A DNA stretch of 64,000 nucleotides from Antedon mediterranea (taxonomy: Eukaryota > Animalia > Echinodermata). Where the stretch lies: contig NC_092673.1 of NCBI RefSeq assembly GCF_964355755.1, positions 5,394,001-5,458,000 on the forward strand, given 5' to 3'. Below the pieces are notes generated by a model. The model did not search any database, was not told where the DNA came from, and was given only the letters and a program-made list of their open reading frames with translations. Of this stretch, positions 1 to 14,800 are shown piece by piece. Both the position numbers and the translations under genes were made by a program. Within the stretch, counting starts at the first letter, position 1, and the number at the start of each line of letters is the position of its first letter.

Positions 1-3000
1 TATATTGTTGGCTAAGTACAGTATGCAACATGTGTCCATAGTTGATTTGCATCAGGTTGATCATTTCATGATAGCTTCTATTGTAAATAGATTTACATCA
101 CTATGAGAATTATATAATCAATAGTTAACTATTGCACATAATAATTGCATATTTATTTCATTAATGCTACAGTTTAATGTTAAAATGCTCCTTTGTATCA
201 CTAATGATTACTTGAATTACCTCTTTGATATTTGGATATAATTAAATTTAAATACATTCATAAATATGGGCAAAAAGAAGTGCACAGTTTTTCAAAAATG
301 TCTTCAAAAAGGCTTTAAATTTACTAAAACTGTGGTAACTGGTTCTAATTTCTATTTTAAATTGAAGTTCTAGTCTGCTTTTCCAAAAAAAAAAAAAAAA
401 AAATTTTGGAAAAATTTTGAATATGATAAATTCGAAACAGTTATAACCTTCTTTATACATTTGCAATGTGTGTGATTGTGAAATTAAAGCCTGTACTAAC
501 TTTGGCTGATATATTATTTTGAAAATTCTAATTTGTGAATCAATACAAAAACATCCTTAAACATTGCGTGCTATTGGAAGCCTTAAAAGATTTGTGATAA
601 TATAAACATTTTCATTAATTGGTTGATTGAAAATGTACAAGTAGTAATTAGTACTACGAGTAAAGCTATCTCTCAAAGAAAAGGATTTTATTTAGCCATG
701 ACTTGGAGAGGAGTTTAAAATTCATATTGTTTAATGTAGAATACAATTGTAACCATATTTTAATATGATACCACTTTGGTCTAATAGAGGTAAATCGGTC
801 CCGAAGTTGTCCCTAAACTTAACCTTTAATTGCGTTCTACTGTCATTCTAATTTTATATTGCTTTTGTAAAATATAATTAGCAATAAGGCATATATTAGT
901 GAGTATAGGATGACTGTAAATATGCTGCTTACTGGGTTGTGACCCTCGCATCAATAAGCGTCATTACGCAGTCCTGATACGGTCCTGATACGGTCCTGTT
1001 TCATAAACTCACTCTTTAAACATGAGCACATCATTCATTGTTTAATCAATGTTCGAATTAAAGTTATGATTATTGCAACTGATTGGGCATTTCATTTCTA
1101 TTATGCATATTGAAATTGAAAATACATGATATATTGATTGAACCATATATACAGTATTTGAACAGGTTAGAAATATTTGCATTTAATTGATGTGAAGTAC
1201 ACTGAATTTGTTTATGTTGTATTCTTTGAAGAATTTTATTATGCTGGTTTCGTTTTCAAATAAACTTCTTTACACTTCATGACTATCCAGAAACAGGTCA
1301 CTTAAAGTCTAGATACACTTTGTACAGTATAATAAAAATATTGAATATTGAATTGAAAGGTATACACACACCTTACCCCTCTCCCTCTCTCCACCCTCTT
1401 CCAAAAAAAAAAATTTAAATTGATTGTTTAATAAATTTATATTAATTTTCAATGCCTCACTGTGACATGTACTGTATTTTTATAACTTCTACCAGCAGGG
1501 AATAATAGAGTAAGCCCAGGAAAATTGCTATTCAATTACAGTACAGTTACATTTTATAATACTTTAAGATAGATAAAATGAATGATATTATGATGCCATT
1601 GGCAACAATTAAAATGTAAATTGAGAATGATACAGGAGAGGACGTAAATGAGCAAAAAACCTGAATGATGCAAATCTGCTCTGACTAATCATCTCTGTTA
1701 CGCTTAAGTATGATATTTCTATGTTATCAAAAGAGATAATGTCATATTTATTTTATTCTGCACCCCAAGCACAAAATTAAATGTTAAAAGCATACATTTG
1801 TAATGATATTGAGTATTCCATTGTATGAGTGGAAAATAATTATGCACATTGAGGGCAGTGTTTGAAAGTCAGTTGGACAATGTTATGCAAGTGAATGGTA
1901 GATATATTGTAGACATTCAGTTTGGAAGGTAGGAATATATTTCACAATTAAATAAACTTTGTTTTGTGGGGTAATGTATTGAAGATGAAAAATCTAGTTC
2001 AAAATTGTTAAGATGCACAGAGAGATCTTTGATCCATAGTGCAATGTACCGTAATTGAAAGCATCCTTGTATAAAATTTAACATGATTTTTCATGACCAT
2101 ATTTGAGCCGATTTATAGGTTGATTATCCGTTGCAATTAACTTGTTGAATAGACAATGGTATAAGTGCCGATATTGCCATTTGTAATCTGAATATTGTAG
2201 TTTACAGCGCTTGATTAGAGAAATGTCTTCATCAGCCGTAAAGCACCCAGTACTAGTTCAATCGGGGAGAACATAACCTTGTTTTTGTTAAATTTTAATA
2301 AAAACATTGGGCACATGTCTCAATTTCACCCCTCACTACAACTATACACTCTTTATTTATGGTTCGGTGGGGTTGTAAAAATCTGAATCGTTCCGTCAAC
2401 CGTGAGGTGTTGCATTTGATATGATTTGGTAAAATTTTTTCCTCTGACAAAAGCCTTGGTTACTACAATAGTCAATTGCCATTAGATCGAAATTGTTTAT
2501 GTTATGAGTTGGCCCAATAAAAATAATAATAATCATAATAATGGCATTGATCGTTACCTTGTGTTTTTCATTGCTGATGGTAGTCATTTAAAGCCTCAAT
2601 CAACCAGATTTAATTGGTCAAATTAAGTCGCCGACTAAAGTGACCAAGAAAAGTCTGTAAATTTTACAGGCCACTGCCTTTTTAGTGATAGTTACTTGGT
2701 TAAATTTTTCAGTTCGAACAAGGCTTTAAATTTCATTTGTTTAATATAATATATGGTAAACAAAAGAACAAGACTCAACTATAGAATGATTGAGAAAAAC
2801 TTTTTAGTCATGTCCACATTATCAAACAATCTGTAAATGGCATCATGAATTACAAGACGAGACATTTATAGGCAGAAGACGCCGATTTCTGCAATTAAGT
2901 TTTCCTCAAAAATGGAAACAAGTTTTTTATAAACTAAAGTAACAATTCAAAAAATAAGTACTAAACAAAATATATAACGTGCGTCTTATTGACGACAACA

Positions 3001-3447
3001 AGGTTTCCTTTTGTAAAATTTTTTTATTTTCTCTATAAACCTTTCCATTGTTATTCGGTTGTGTGTGTGAGTTTTTATTACCTGGACTAATTTCTTGGGC
3101 CAATGAACATTAAAAATCCAGGTTTAGTTTTATTATCAGTATTAAAAGGAGGAATTTTGTAAATGCAATAAAATTGGCAATTAATAATTGTTTGATTGAT
3201 GTAGGTAATGGGTGTTTGACCTGGGAAAAATGGTGTGAAATACTGTAAGGTTTGTGGTTTAAATATTACCAATTCAGGTTTGAGTGTTAAAATCCTGGCT
3301 GTACAATTTTATTCTACCAATCCTTCCATGTTTATATATTTTGGTTTTTTGGAACAGAACATGAATTAAAAATCGCCCGGTGATATACTGAAATTTAATT
3401 AATTTGAAACGATAAGATGAGGAAATCTGTGCGAATGATATAAAGTT

Positions 3448-3519
3448 GCCCCAACCGAGATTTGTACTCTAAACATTCTGCTTGATATGCAGATGTCTTA
3501 ACCATTAGACTACTAGAGC
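3448..3519 (-). pseudogene. tRNA-like relic (tRNA pseudogene or SINE head)
   Basis: 72 nt; A-box TAGTCTAATGG, TCTGC/GCAGA stem with 7-nt loop, mutated B-box GTACAAATC, wobble-rich acceptor stem. Confidence 0.6.
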
Positions 3520-4814
3520 TATCATGGTATTCTTTAAACTCGATTGGATAGCGACTCTTTATCACTCTCGTCGTAGACAGAGATCAAATTAATATACTCT
3601 CATCTTTTCAGTAATTTTATTCAGGAAGTGGGATCTCCAAAGAGATAATTTTATATATATACACATCAGGCACAGACTGTTAATTCTAAACCGGCCGGTG
3701 ATATACTGAAATTTAATTCAATAAACAGTAAAGATAAGGATGATATATATATATTTAATTCTAGTTCATAAACCTTTAAGCAAATTAACAATCTAGGAAC
3801 CATGTATTGTACTGTATTTAACAGTCGTCCCCTGAAGCAGCCAATCTTGTATTATTTTAAACTCTACCTGTTGTTTAATATTCGAGTGTCAGATCCACAT
3901 CAATTGTTGTCAGGTCGCTGCTATGTAGTTTAATTGAAATTTCTTTAAAGTCATCCGAGTTCACCCATATAGTCAGTATTTCTCTTTGATCTGTTGGTTT
4001 GTGATTATGCAAGCCTATGATTAACTGATGAGTTCTGCATGGGAACTTTCTACCATTGTCTGATAATTGCTGGTTTTTTTATGGTCACTATCATCCAAAC
4101 AATAGGATAGTACTATTGTATCATAATGGTAATTTACTAGATTGATTCAGAATAAAAAATACTGTTCACGGTGCAGTTTTTTTTACATGTGTGACCTGAC
4201 CAACAACGTCTTAATGATCCTTTTTTAGCCATCAACCACATGAATGGTCACTGGTTGAAATATACTGCCATAGTACCAATTTAATAGTTGGCTGATTGTT
4301 TATTTCATTCAGATACAGATAACTTAATATTGTCCAAATAAACTGGAAATTGCATTGCTCACTTATATAAGAATATAGTATAAAAACAAAAAATATATTA
4401 AAAAAATTACTGATTTATATTGTAATCATAAAGATTTTATTATTGGGTTATATTTAGCTGGTTTTCATGGTGCAATTTTTACATGACTATTAGTATTTTT
4501 GAGTCCCAACCACACTAATGGTCAGTGGTTGAAATAAACTGCCATAGTACCAATTTAATATTGGCCCGTGATATTTGCAGATTAATATTTGATAGTTCAC
4601 AGATATTTTTGCAAACTGTATTGATATGCTTTTGTGGCTGAACTACCAAGTTGTTTCCTTCAGCTTATTAATTAGTGTGGTAGCAATTAGTCAATTTTGA
4701 ATTTCATCAGTGAAATTAATGGCAGGTAGGAATGTACAGTGTCTGTTATTAGCATTGTTGTAAGGTCAACATGGTGTCAATTAGGACTTGAGTGGATGTG
4801 CATCTAATCAATAA

Positions 4815-5530
4815 GGGCCTGTTCGTAGGGGTTGAAAATACCAGCTTATTCCCGATTTCCGTTCGCGTGATCCAATTAACTTTTGCCTCAGGCTACAAAA
4901 AATTCGAGGTAAAATGTTCACCAAATTTGCAGGTTATTTCAGCGATAATCCAATTATACTCGGCCTTCGAGGATAATAAATCTCCGATAGAGGCAATGTG
5001 TCAAATTTTGACAAACGTTCGCTGCCTAGGCCCGTCATTTCTCCTACGAAGCTCTTCCATACACGCTTCGAGAGCGATCGTCAGCTGGTGCTGTCCTTGT
5101 TGGTGTAGACCGCTTAGTAGGCCTAGCTGGTCGGGGAGCCGCTGGTCGGTGGTGTTTCCGTCGTGTAAAATTGGGCTCAAATTCTTCGTCAATGAGTAAA
5201 ATAATGGTCGTCAGGAGAAGGCATATTTCGGCAGGATTATCGGCGTTAAGAGGCATAAGGTTTGTCGCAAGGATAAGCAGTGTAAAAGGTAGCAAGTAAT
5301 TGTTATTGTAAAGAAAGATCGCGAGTAAAAAATATACAACACGAAACTAGCGTGCGAAAATGGGGTCGTAGGTTGTAAAGACAACTGACCTTAAAACGTA
5401 ATTTCCGGTTTGTGATTCGTCGATTAAGCATTTAAGCGGTTAAATATTTCAAGTACGAACAACGCTCAATTTATAACCCGAGGCATGGGTGAAATTAAGC
5501 GCTTATTTTAACCACCGTACGAACACGACC
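4815..5530. mobile_element. Non-autonomous PIF/Harbinger-like element
   Basis: Imperfect TIRs gggcctgttcgtagggg / ccgtacgaacacgacc, flanked by TAA/TTA; GC- and CpG-rich interior. Confidence 0.65.
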
Positions 5531-8500
5531 TTAGTGTCAACTTGACCTTTAATGATGGACAACATTGGTCTTTTTTTTAAAAAGAACATTGGCTAAAATC
5601 AAATGTACAGCTATTAAAGTTTGGAGTTTTGGCTGTCCCGATTTTGAATTAAAGGGTTCTGAAGTTGTTGTTATGTTAACTTCAAATGAAAAAATAGTGA
5701 AGAACTATTGTCTAATATTAATAGATTACAATATAGCTATGTTTTAATTAAGGTTTTCAGGGTTGAGCAATAACTACTAATTTTAATTAAAAACTTTTAT
5801 TTTAGTAGTAATAGTACTATAGTACTATAGATCTGTTCCCCTGTTTTAGTACAATAAAATAACAAAACTGAACACCATGACATGCGTACTGCGGCAATTC
5901 GGCTTAATATTTGTAAAAAAAAAATATTCAAAAATAGGAACAATTACTAGAGACTTATGGTAAGTTTATTAAATGCTTTATGCTAATATTTCTAAAAAAT
6001 TAAAGTAGGAAGATTCCTGAGAAGATATTTCTGTTCTATTATTCATATCACGTACAAGAACATTTCATGATCCTGACAAGCATTCTACGCCCTAGATACT
6101 TAGACGTTATTTACCGCCACAAATACAACCAATCATCCTTGATGCGATGTCAGAAATCAGAATGAAACTGATCCTTTGAAGATGCGTTTTATAACTGACA
6201 CCATAGCTGTCATTATTGTTCAGTGTTAGTACCTGGGAATACATTGAGTTTTTAAACAAACAGTGTATTATTATCGAGCAGTTGTCTGTCAATATTTACA
6301 TGTGTTATTTGCTTGTCTAATTTCAGTTTGATAAATATACCTTTCAGACGATAAATAAAGTTTATTTTAATGTGCTCTCAAAAAAAGCAGAGAGAGAATT
6401 GACATTCAGCTTTACGTGTTGGGTTTTCTATTCATTTGAAATTACCTATATAATAAAACTTCTTAATACTCATTCATTACATGTTATTCAATGAAAGATA
6501 AGTATTTTTAGAATTCAATGTTGTTTAACTTTCATTTCCATTGTGTACACCAAACATGCACAAAATTAGAATAGTAGTCCTTTGAGAGACATAAACATTT
6601 TTATCTCTTTATACTTGCGTTTAAGCAGGGACATTTCCCTGGTATAAGAGCAATCATGGTATGGTGAACAAAATCCTTTTATAAGCCAACTGTGGGATTT
6701 TGTATTTCTTCTGAACTACACCATTTTCTATTCTCTTTTTTTCTTAATTTGTAACCACATTTTTCTTCTTCGTGCTTGAACATTTAATTGGTTTACAAGA
6801 ATATGGCCATTTCCATTATAAAGGGATCAATGTGTCAATGTGATATTTTAACAAACAAAGCCTTGGTAAAAACTGGTTATGAGGTTGAAAGAAATGAATT
6901 CTGCAGTAACTGCAGTAAGATAATGTTGACCCCTATTAAATGATAAAGAATTAAAAAATTGCGTTTATGCAGTAACTGCAGTAGGATAATGTTGTTATGA
7001 TCCCTCATATAGTCATTGGATAGTTCACAAACCTGCTATGAACTTTGTAATGAACCTGATGACCAAACACATCTCAGAAAACAGAAGCAGATTTGAGCAC
7101 AATGTAAGGTCATCAACCATTGTCCATCCTCAACCCTGGACAATCCAAGCTTAAGCCGATTCAAAATAAAAACCAGCTATGTGCCGGGTTTTAGATACCA
7201 GCTAAGCCTGTCTGTGCCTTTCTGAATAAATCGTTTTACCCGTTTGTTTACAGATTAAACATCTGAGATGGCTTACAAGTGTCCTAGGCTTTTGTCAATT
7301 GAATTAGGACTTTTTTCTATTCCCTTTTACATTGAACTTCACCTAGAAACATTGAGTATGTAAAGCTCTTTCTTAGTTGTTGTGTTCAGGTTATGCTTTG
7401 TGTGTATTTTGAACCGTAGCAAATTTACATTGCTAGTAATGTTTTTAGACCGCTGTTCTGCTTCGGAACTGGGACACATCATACTTTCTCTGTAACTCTA
7501 GCAAGATATTTTTAATCCAACGTTCTTTTCATGCTTCAAGTTTCAACCAGGAGACAGAATAATGGTTATTTAGTAGCTATGCTATATATTTGATATATTT
7601 TTATGCATTATAGATTGAATTTGAAGTTTTTGCAACCAGGAATCATGTGTTCAAATGTAAGTTTTTATGTGTATGTGGATTTACTTCGACACCTGATTTA
7701 TTTATAGTTCATTCCGGAAACCATTAAAAACTTACCGTTTGTTTTTATCATATCGGCATACCCATAAATGTATTATATTTTTAGAATTACAATATTGATC
7801 ACATTATTTCCATAAATCAGCAAACAATACAAAACGGAAAATCACACTAAAATAGGATTTTCTCCCATTTAGTTAAGATATTTGAAGATTGTATTACAGA
7901 TAGTTCATTCATAGTACACCTACCAAGATCATTTTCAATGTTCAAAACTCTTATTCTAAAACCAAAACACACTTGCGGACATGCTCGTAAAAAGAGGGAT
8001 ATTGATTTTCTATAATCATAATGAAATAAGGTCTACAGTACTTCTACTTGCTTGCAGGCCAAAATTGTTCACAAGAAAAAAACATATGGTGTATATAAGT
8101 ATCATTTTATAGTGTTGGTTTGGCACTCGTTAAATTTTCATTACTGGCAATGGTAATGTGCGTTATTGAATTTATTCTTCTGTCCGACATTAGTAATGTT
8201 TATGTGCTTTATTGTATGTCCTATGAGGGATAAAGATTATGTAGTATGAGCAGGTCCATCTGGTAACGTTGACCATAAATTATGTATGTATATCCATCCC
8301 TGTTGAATTATGAAATGTCCATGGTCCTCGGAAGATTCACTGGATTAGTACCTCATTCCTATGGGATCCATAAATGAAACGCCTCATCAGTGGCGCTTAT
8401 CCGCACTCTCATTCTGAGATTGTGACTTCTACAGATGTCAACGCATTTTCAATTTCTCTGTCCAATGGAAAGATGTTATTTCTCTTGTGGGTGATTTGGT

Positions 8501-10591
8501 GAATGTTATTGGACTGACATTTTCACCACTTTACAAATGGTTTCTCTTCTGATGGTTTGAGATGAGTTTATGCAGTAAACACAAATATAGTATGTATTTC
8601 TTAGTATTATTATAATATTGTTTGCAATATAGTCTTTGTGTAATTCTATTATACCAAACTGTAGTTTTTATATAACCTTTTACAACGAATAGTTTAATTT
8701 GTATAATATTCATACTTTGTCTTACTACGTCTTTTTTACTGTTCATAAATTGTCTTGAATATTATGCTTGTTTTGCCTAATAATTTGGGTCAAATATTTA
8801 GGACATACTGGCAATTTCTTCGCATATGTAATCCAACACCGTGTCATTATTAAGTAAAGGTTATAAACACTCTTTATCACCTTTTCTGTAATTCTGTCAT
8901 TTGTAATCTGAATTTTATCAGTAACAAGTTTACAACCTTCAACAATAAGCATGTAAAATTGAAAGCATGCCCTTTGTTATCTCTTTATCTGTCATCTAAA
9001 TGTACCTGCCCTTTCTAAATTTGATTACTTTTCGTCTTAAAAGATTAATTTTGAACCAATTCTTCAGGTAATTGATGTCAGAAAAGATTTGGATTTCAGA
9101 TTTGTCTTTTAAAGAGGTACCCTCTGGCGGCATGAATGCATCCTTCGTTCGCTTTAAAAGGATGTTATCAATAGAGTTCGGATTAATCTTTTGAATACTG
9201 TCTTGGTCATGATTAAGTTGTCACGATAACTGCAAAAACATGCTAGCCAAGGACCGATTGTACGGATTTATATGCAGGGTCATAGCCACCAGTACAGTTG
9301 GTACGGTTTCCACTTTTTCACAGAGACCTTTGATAAACCGTAGTGGGTTGAACAGCGATTGTTCCCATTTCTTGCAAAAACAGAGCACCACTTCATTTCT
9401 TGTGACTACATCATTGATATGGTGTTACAGCACACCCCTAAATGTTACCACAATATACACTACAATAAATCCGTTGTGTCAAAGAAAGCTTGTTCACACT
9501 ATTCATGTGCTAGTTATACACTGGGACAAATGCATCCACACTCTTTAGATTTGGCGAGTTCCACCACCAGACTAATGTCAAGTTTCTTGATCAAACTCTA
9601 TTATTATGTATTATTTATTGCGTCAGTTGCATCACCCTGAAACTAATAAATTCACACTTTATTATTTGTATTTTAATGTGAATAATCAGAGATATGTATA
9701 ATAGGGAAATGATCTATACATAATCAAGTTAATTAACTTTTTAAGTCGCATTTGAAATATGTGTTCTTACTGAAACAAAAATGCTTTTAAAATTGGTGGC
9801 TAATTGGTATTCATGTGATGTGGTAGATTTAGAATTTTAAAAATATATTGCTTAAAATTTCCCCAAATAGTTATTAATCACAACTTTATTATGTATTTTG
9901 TTAAAGTAATAATTGCCTTCAGTCAGGCATTAATTATAATTATCCTTGATCAGCCAAATATGTTGAATTGAACAGTTACAATTCTCATAGGCCTTTCAAG
10001 TCTAATTTATTGCTTAAGATTCGTTAGTGTTCATATTTGATGTGCAGCACAACATATTAATTTGTAATATTGATTTATGATATTCAGTTGGTATTCCCTA
10101 ATTGCTTGGTTCGCTCATGTTACACTTACATATTTTCATTTAAAGACAGTTCAGAAAAATATAGTCTCATTTATCCAGACAGTTCAAAGAAGTAGCCAAT
10201 TATACCTAGACAGTTCTCTATATATTTTATAATTATTGCTACATTTTTTCTAGACAGGTATAGTCTCATTATCCAGAAATATCTAGTTTGTAGCGACACT
10301 GTACCTATATTTCAAAATCTTTGTCTTTTTGTCCAGACATGTATTAAGCTAACCTAATTAAAACCCAGACATGGATAAAGGTACATATAACACCTACCTA
10401 CATTTTATTCTAGAGATCACCTCATTCTAATTATTCTCATGAAGCATTTATTAAATAAAACATTGCATGATTATGGCCTAAATATTTCAGTTACTACCTA
10501 AGCAATGTACAGGTGCTTCCGTGCTTGAAATAAATTTATGAATACCATAATAATATAAAATACAAATAATTTGAAACAGGATTGGCACAGT

Positions 10592-10664
10592 CCTCCAAGC
10601 AAGATTTGAACTTATACCTTATATGCTATATATGTAGGTGCCCTTTACCATTAGACCATATATG
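10592..10664 (-). pseudogene. Degenerate tRNA-like relic
   Basis: TGGTCTAATGG A-box-like and GTTCAAATC B-box-like motifs at tRNA spacing. Confidence 0.4.
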
Positions 10665-10799
10665 TATTGCAGTATCTATATGTAACTATCATCGCAAATG
10701 CTTGCAATTGTATATTAATTGCATTTTTTAAAATTATACGTGAATATTGGTCACATCACAAATACTTTAATAGTAAAATTTTAAGTTACCCTTAAAATG

Positions 10800-11152
10800 T
10801 TCAATATAGCACGCCCTCTGTCGCTCTGTATTTCTCTATTTTGCTCGCTTTCTGAACGCTACATTTACTAGTTTAATATTCCTTATCTTCAATATAGCAC
10901 GCCGTCTGTCGCTTAGCATTCTGCAAAGTATTTCGCTCGGTTTATGAACGCTACATTTACTAGTTTAATATTCCTTATCTTCAATATAGCACGCCCTCTG
11001 TCACTTAGCATTCTGCCAAGTATTTCGCTCGGTTTATGAACGCTACATTTAGTAGTTTAATATTCCTTATCTTCAATATAGCACGCCCTCTGTCGCTTAG
11101 CATTCTGTCAAGTATTTTGCTCGGTTTCGTTTACATTGACTAGTTTAATATT
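10800..11152. repeat. Tandem repeat, about 92-bp unit, about 4 copies
   Basis: ttcaatatagcacgcc recurs at 10800, 10888, 10980, 11072. Confidence 0.95.
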
Positions 11153-11689
11153 TAGGATAAATAGCGCAATTAAATTAAGTTTGACCTAGTATTTTCCTCT
11201 GTCAAGATAATTAAAACTTGTCCTTAGTTATTCTGCTCATGCGTCATTTACTTGATACATTTGACAAAGACTAAAACCCTAACAAATTGAATTATTCTCT
11301 TTCACACAACTAAAATAAACAATACAAATTCAATTTGTTTCTCAAATAAAGATAATGACTGAAACCCTCTTATTAATTAAACACTGTAATCTAAGATAAG
11401 CTAACGTTGTTGAATTTAATTAAGATGCAGTGCCGTAGTGTAGCCAACTAATCGCGTACAGCATGAAATTATTCCGCACATGCATGCAACCTTTTGGAGG
11501 TGTGAGCATGGTGTATATGCCATATGTTGTGTAATAATATTGTTGAAAGCTATTTCAGGTTTTACTGTAGGATATATATTGTAGATGGGTTTTGTTCTGT
11601 TACATAGTTAGTCACACCATTCCTAAGGTCAGTATGTTCATGTTTGCAATAGCAAATTGCTTACCTTATTTTTAAATATGTTGCCTGGA

Positions 11690-11823
11690 CCCCACATTTT
11701 AAAGCCTAAGCTTCCAGTGGGGCACCCTTTTTCTCATTTATTATCTATTATTTCTAGAAAATGTAACTGTATTTTGTTTTTATTTGAGAAATAAATTGAT
11801 TGATTGATTGATTGATTGATTGA
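11690..11823 (+). mobile_element. LINE (L2/CR1-group) 3' end remnant
   Basis: T-rich tract, AATAAA, then (ATTG)n tail. Confidence 0.45.
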
Positions 11824-14800
11824 CAATCAAATAGGATTATGACTGTAGAGTGTAAGTAAAATTTTACCAGTTCTAACAAATAGTTACGAATTCATGGAAA
11901 AAACATATCAGTCAAGCAGGAAAAATGTTGTGACTACTCAAGCATATCGAACAAATTAATGTACTCCTACCAATAAGATTGTAATAATACTTTATTGTGG
12001 GTGACGGCAAAAACGGTAGAAAAGAATGCGTATACAATTAAGTAACTGATTAGGGCTATCAGTTATGGAAAGGTCGTATTTGGAGATAACTCGCTGCCAA
12101 ATTCCGCCACTGAAGGACCTCTGAAATAATAAATCGTTTTAATATGATATACGGGTTAAAGTAAATAATTAATATTTCTTAGTTGTTATTAAACCTGCTT
12201 TTGTAAAGTTTTTGATGTTTATATTGTTGATACAAGATGTTGAGATATCTACTGAGTAAACAAGTTGAACAATCAGACAAACTCTACATAGTGACAAGCT
12301 TGTTTATTATTGAAATAGTAAACACTCCATCAAGAGCCCTTTAGCTCTCCTTATGACTGTTAATAGATTTTGTGATTCATTACTCACAGACTTATCGTTT
12401 ACAAGAAGATTGACATAATTATTTGTGTAAAGAAGATATAAAAGCATTATTCTATGATTGGATAGTGGCATTATAGTACTGTAGTTTAGTAAATAGCTTT
12501 TTGATAACTGATGATATCATTGCTTTGGCATACAACTAAAGAAAATTAAGCTTTACTCCCCAATGCTAATATGGGCATAAAACATCAGCAGGTAAAGATT
12601 GGTCTTAAGTTATAACCAACCCTACACCATATACATTGCCACTTATCTTAAGATATGTCATTTTTTATATAACGGTTATTTGATGAATATTGCTACTTAA
12701 GTTAAAATTAGTTCCTGTATTTCAATCTCAAGTGTCTACTACAGTTAAAAATGAAAGACCAATAATGAATCTTCAAAAATGTCTTCAATTTTCAATGCAT
12801 TGCTGTTTTACTGATAATTTTTTTGGTTTAATTTTTTTCCCCCTCAACAAATCCCTAAGCGCCCACAATTTTGAATATGATTAAGGGTAAGCATCTCTTT
12901 TAATACATTTCTGTTTACTAACAATTATTTTTTTTAATTGTGAAATGTTTTTTCTCAACAAATCCTCACCTTCTTTCACTTATTCTTCTGAATTTACTTG
13001 AAAAAAACTATTTTAATCATCTCTTGTGGCTTGTGTCTGACAAGTCCAATATAGGAATGGCAGCCATGACCACAATGGGTGCAGATCGGTAGGTTTTGTA
13101 GAGTTGACAATTTGCTGAAAATTTGAATTGTTTGAATCATAATTATTTGTTAAAATACTCAATCAAACCATTGCTATAGTTTATAAATTGTTAAGCCCAA
13201 GGGCTAAAATCTTACTACTACTCCCAACGAGAAACCTTCACTGTGTGCGTTCCCTTATCAGAATTGAATTTAACTCGTAATCGAATATTCCACTTTCGCT
13301 TAATTGGGTTTAAGTGTTGTTTCGTTTACTGCTGTGAAAGTCTGCTCCACAGTAAAAAGCTGATGGCGGGATACCATGAATGATTTCGTTATTCATACAG
13401 CTTCATTGAAAGCGGAAACACTGTTCAGTTGCACTGTCATCAAAGCATGTTATTTCGGAGTTTGTGGATTTGATTTTGATACAACAACGTGTGTGGATCA
13501 TTTTGTAGTGCGTTAGTACAGTGGAATTATCTGGGGGAAAACAATTGTGAACCCTCCAAATTAAAACAAGGATTGTTGTGCAGTTTGTATATTAAATGCA
13601 GTTATGATTTGTCAAAAGAAAATGGTAAGCTTTAAATTTCAATGTGTATAAATATTTCTTTCGCACTTCTTTTGGTTTCAATCTGACTCTCGTACACTAA
13701 TGGTATGTTCACATGCACTAGTGTTCATTGCGCATAGAACTGATTTGAATCATATCAGAGTAAGTACTGTACTGCGATTGGTTACTAGGTTTCAGATTAT
13801 ATCAGATGTATTAATGGTAGACAACTTGTGTTTGAACACTGAACAAACTAGACCGCAAGATTGATTACATTTAACTTCAATCAATAGAGAAAAGAAGGTT
13901 TCCCCATATCTCTACTTATTATCTTTCAAGTTTTTGGTATTGTTTTTTTAGTTCTCCTGCGGATTACCATGTTATATTTTTGTCCAAGCTCAAGTATAGG
14001 TATGATATGCCATGTGTGGCAAAATGTTACCAATGTTAACTTGAATCGCCAACTAGAATGCACCTAGGCGCAGGATTGGTCCATAGCATATATAGCAGAA
14101 TGTACATCAAACCTCCATGACCAAACTTTATATGCAGAAATAGGTGTTTATAGTAGGTAATTATACCTCATCTCCAAGTACTAAAAATACTTGTTAACTC
14201 CTACATACAGTATTATAATTATACTGTAATTTAGGGTTAAGGTTAATAGTAAAGTAATTTCAGTCATACATTGTAACAGTAGGTTATTAGCGTCTTATAT
14301 ATCTCAACTCAACATTGTTTTTATTCATGTTAAGTCTTGTGGTGCATTACCTGTGGGCTCTTAATAATTATTGATTGTTACCCAATGCAGAATGTGAAAT
14401 ATAATACTGTTTATCTGCAAACGTAATGATAATATCGCCAGATGGGAACAATACTAGCAATTTAGTATAGAATTCTTTTGTTTCGGAATGTTGACTTTCT
14501 TGAAAAGGTCTGCCAGGATATGATATGCTTGTTTCCTAATTTCTTGTTCAATTATAACTTTAGTGTTCACCTGGAAGTTGTTGGAACAATGTGCGTGTTG
14601 TGGTGGCGTTACGTTCATCTGGTTGATTTGTTATACAGTACTTTACTGTAGTAAGTATTGCATTGTAGTGAGAGATACTATAGAGATAAACATTAAATAG
14701 GCGTGTTATTTTTATACATTACCGGTACTGGTGATTTCAAGATAGGCCTATTGTACTGTAACAACGAATGGTTTAAATCATTTTCCTAAACATGGCGGAG

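Noticed and set aside
1-2300. 3'UTR of an upstream gene
   Set aside because: Composition is suggestive but no coding exon is visible, so it cannot be assigned
4025-4050. Other CTGATGA hammerhead seeds (4025, about 2228, 8388, 17728)
   Set aside because: No GAAA box after stem II and no stem I
4170-4570. Diverged local duplications (also 6900-6995, 16510-16750, 27870-28180, 58190-58495)
   Set aside because: Ordinary decayed tandem duplications with no further structure
4792-5199. 135-aa plus-strand ORF as a host gene
   Set aside because: GTG start, lies almost wholly in a TIR element, no recognisable domain
9240-9640. Overlapping 102- and 93-aa ORFs
   Set aside because: No homology recognised and no convincing splice or phase support
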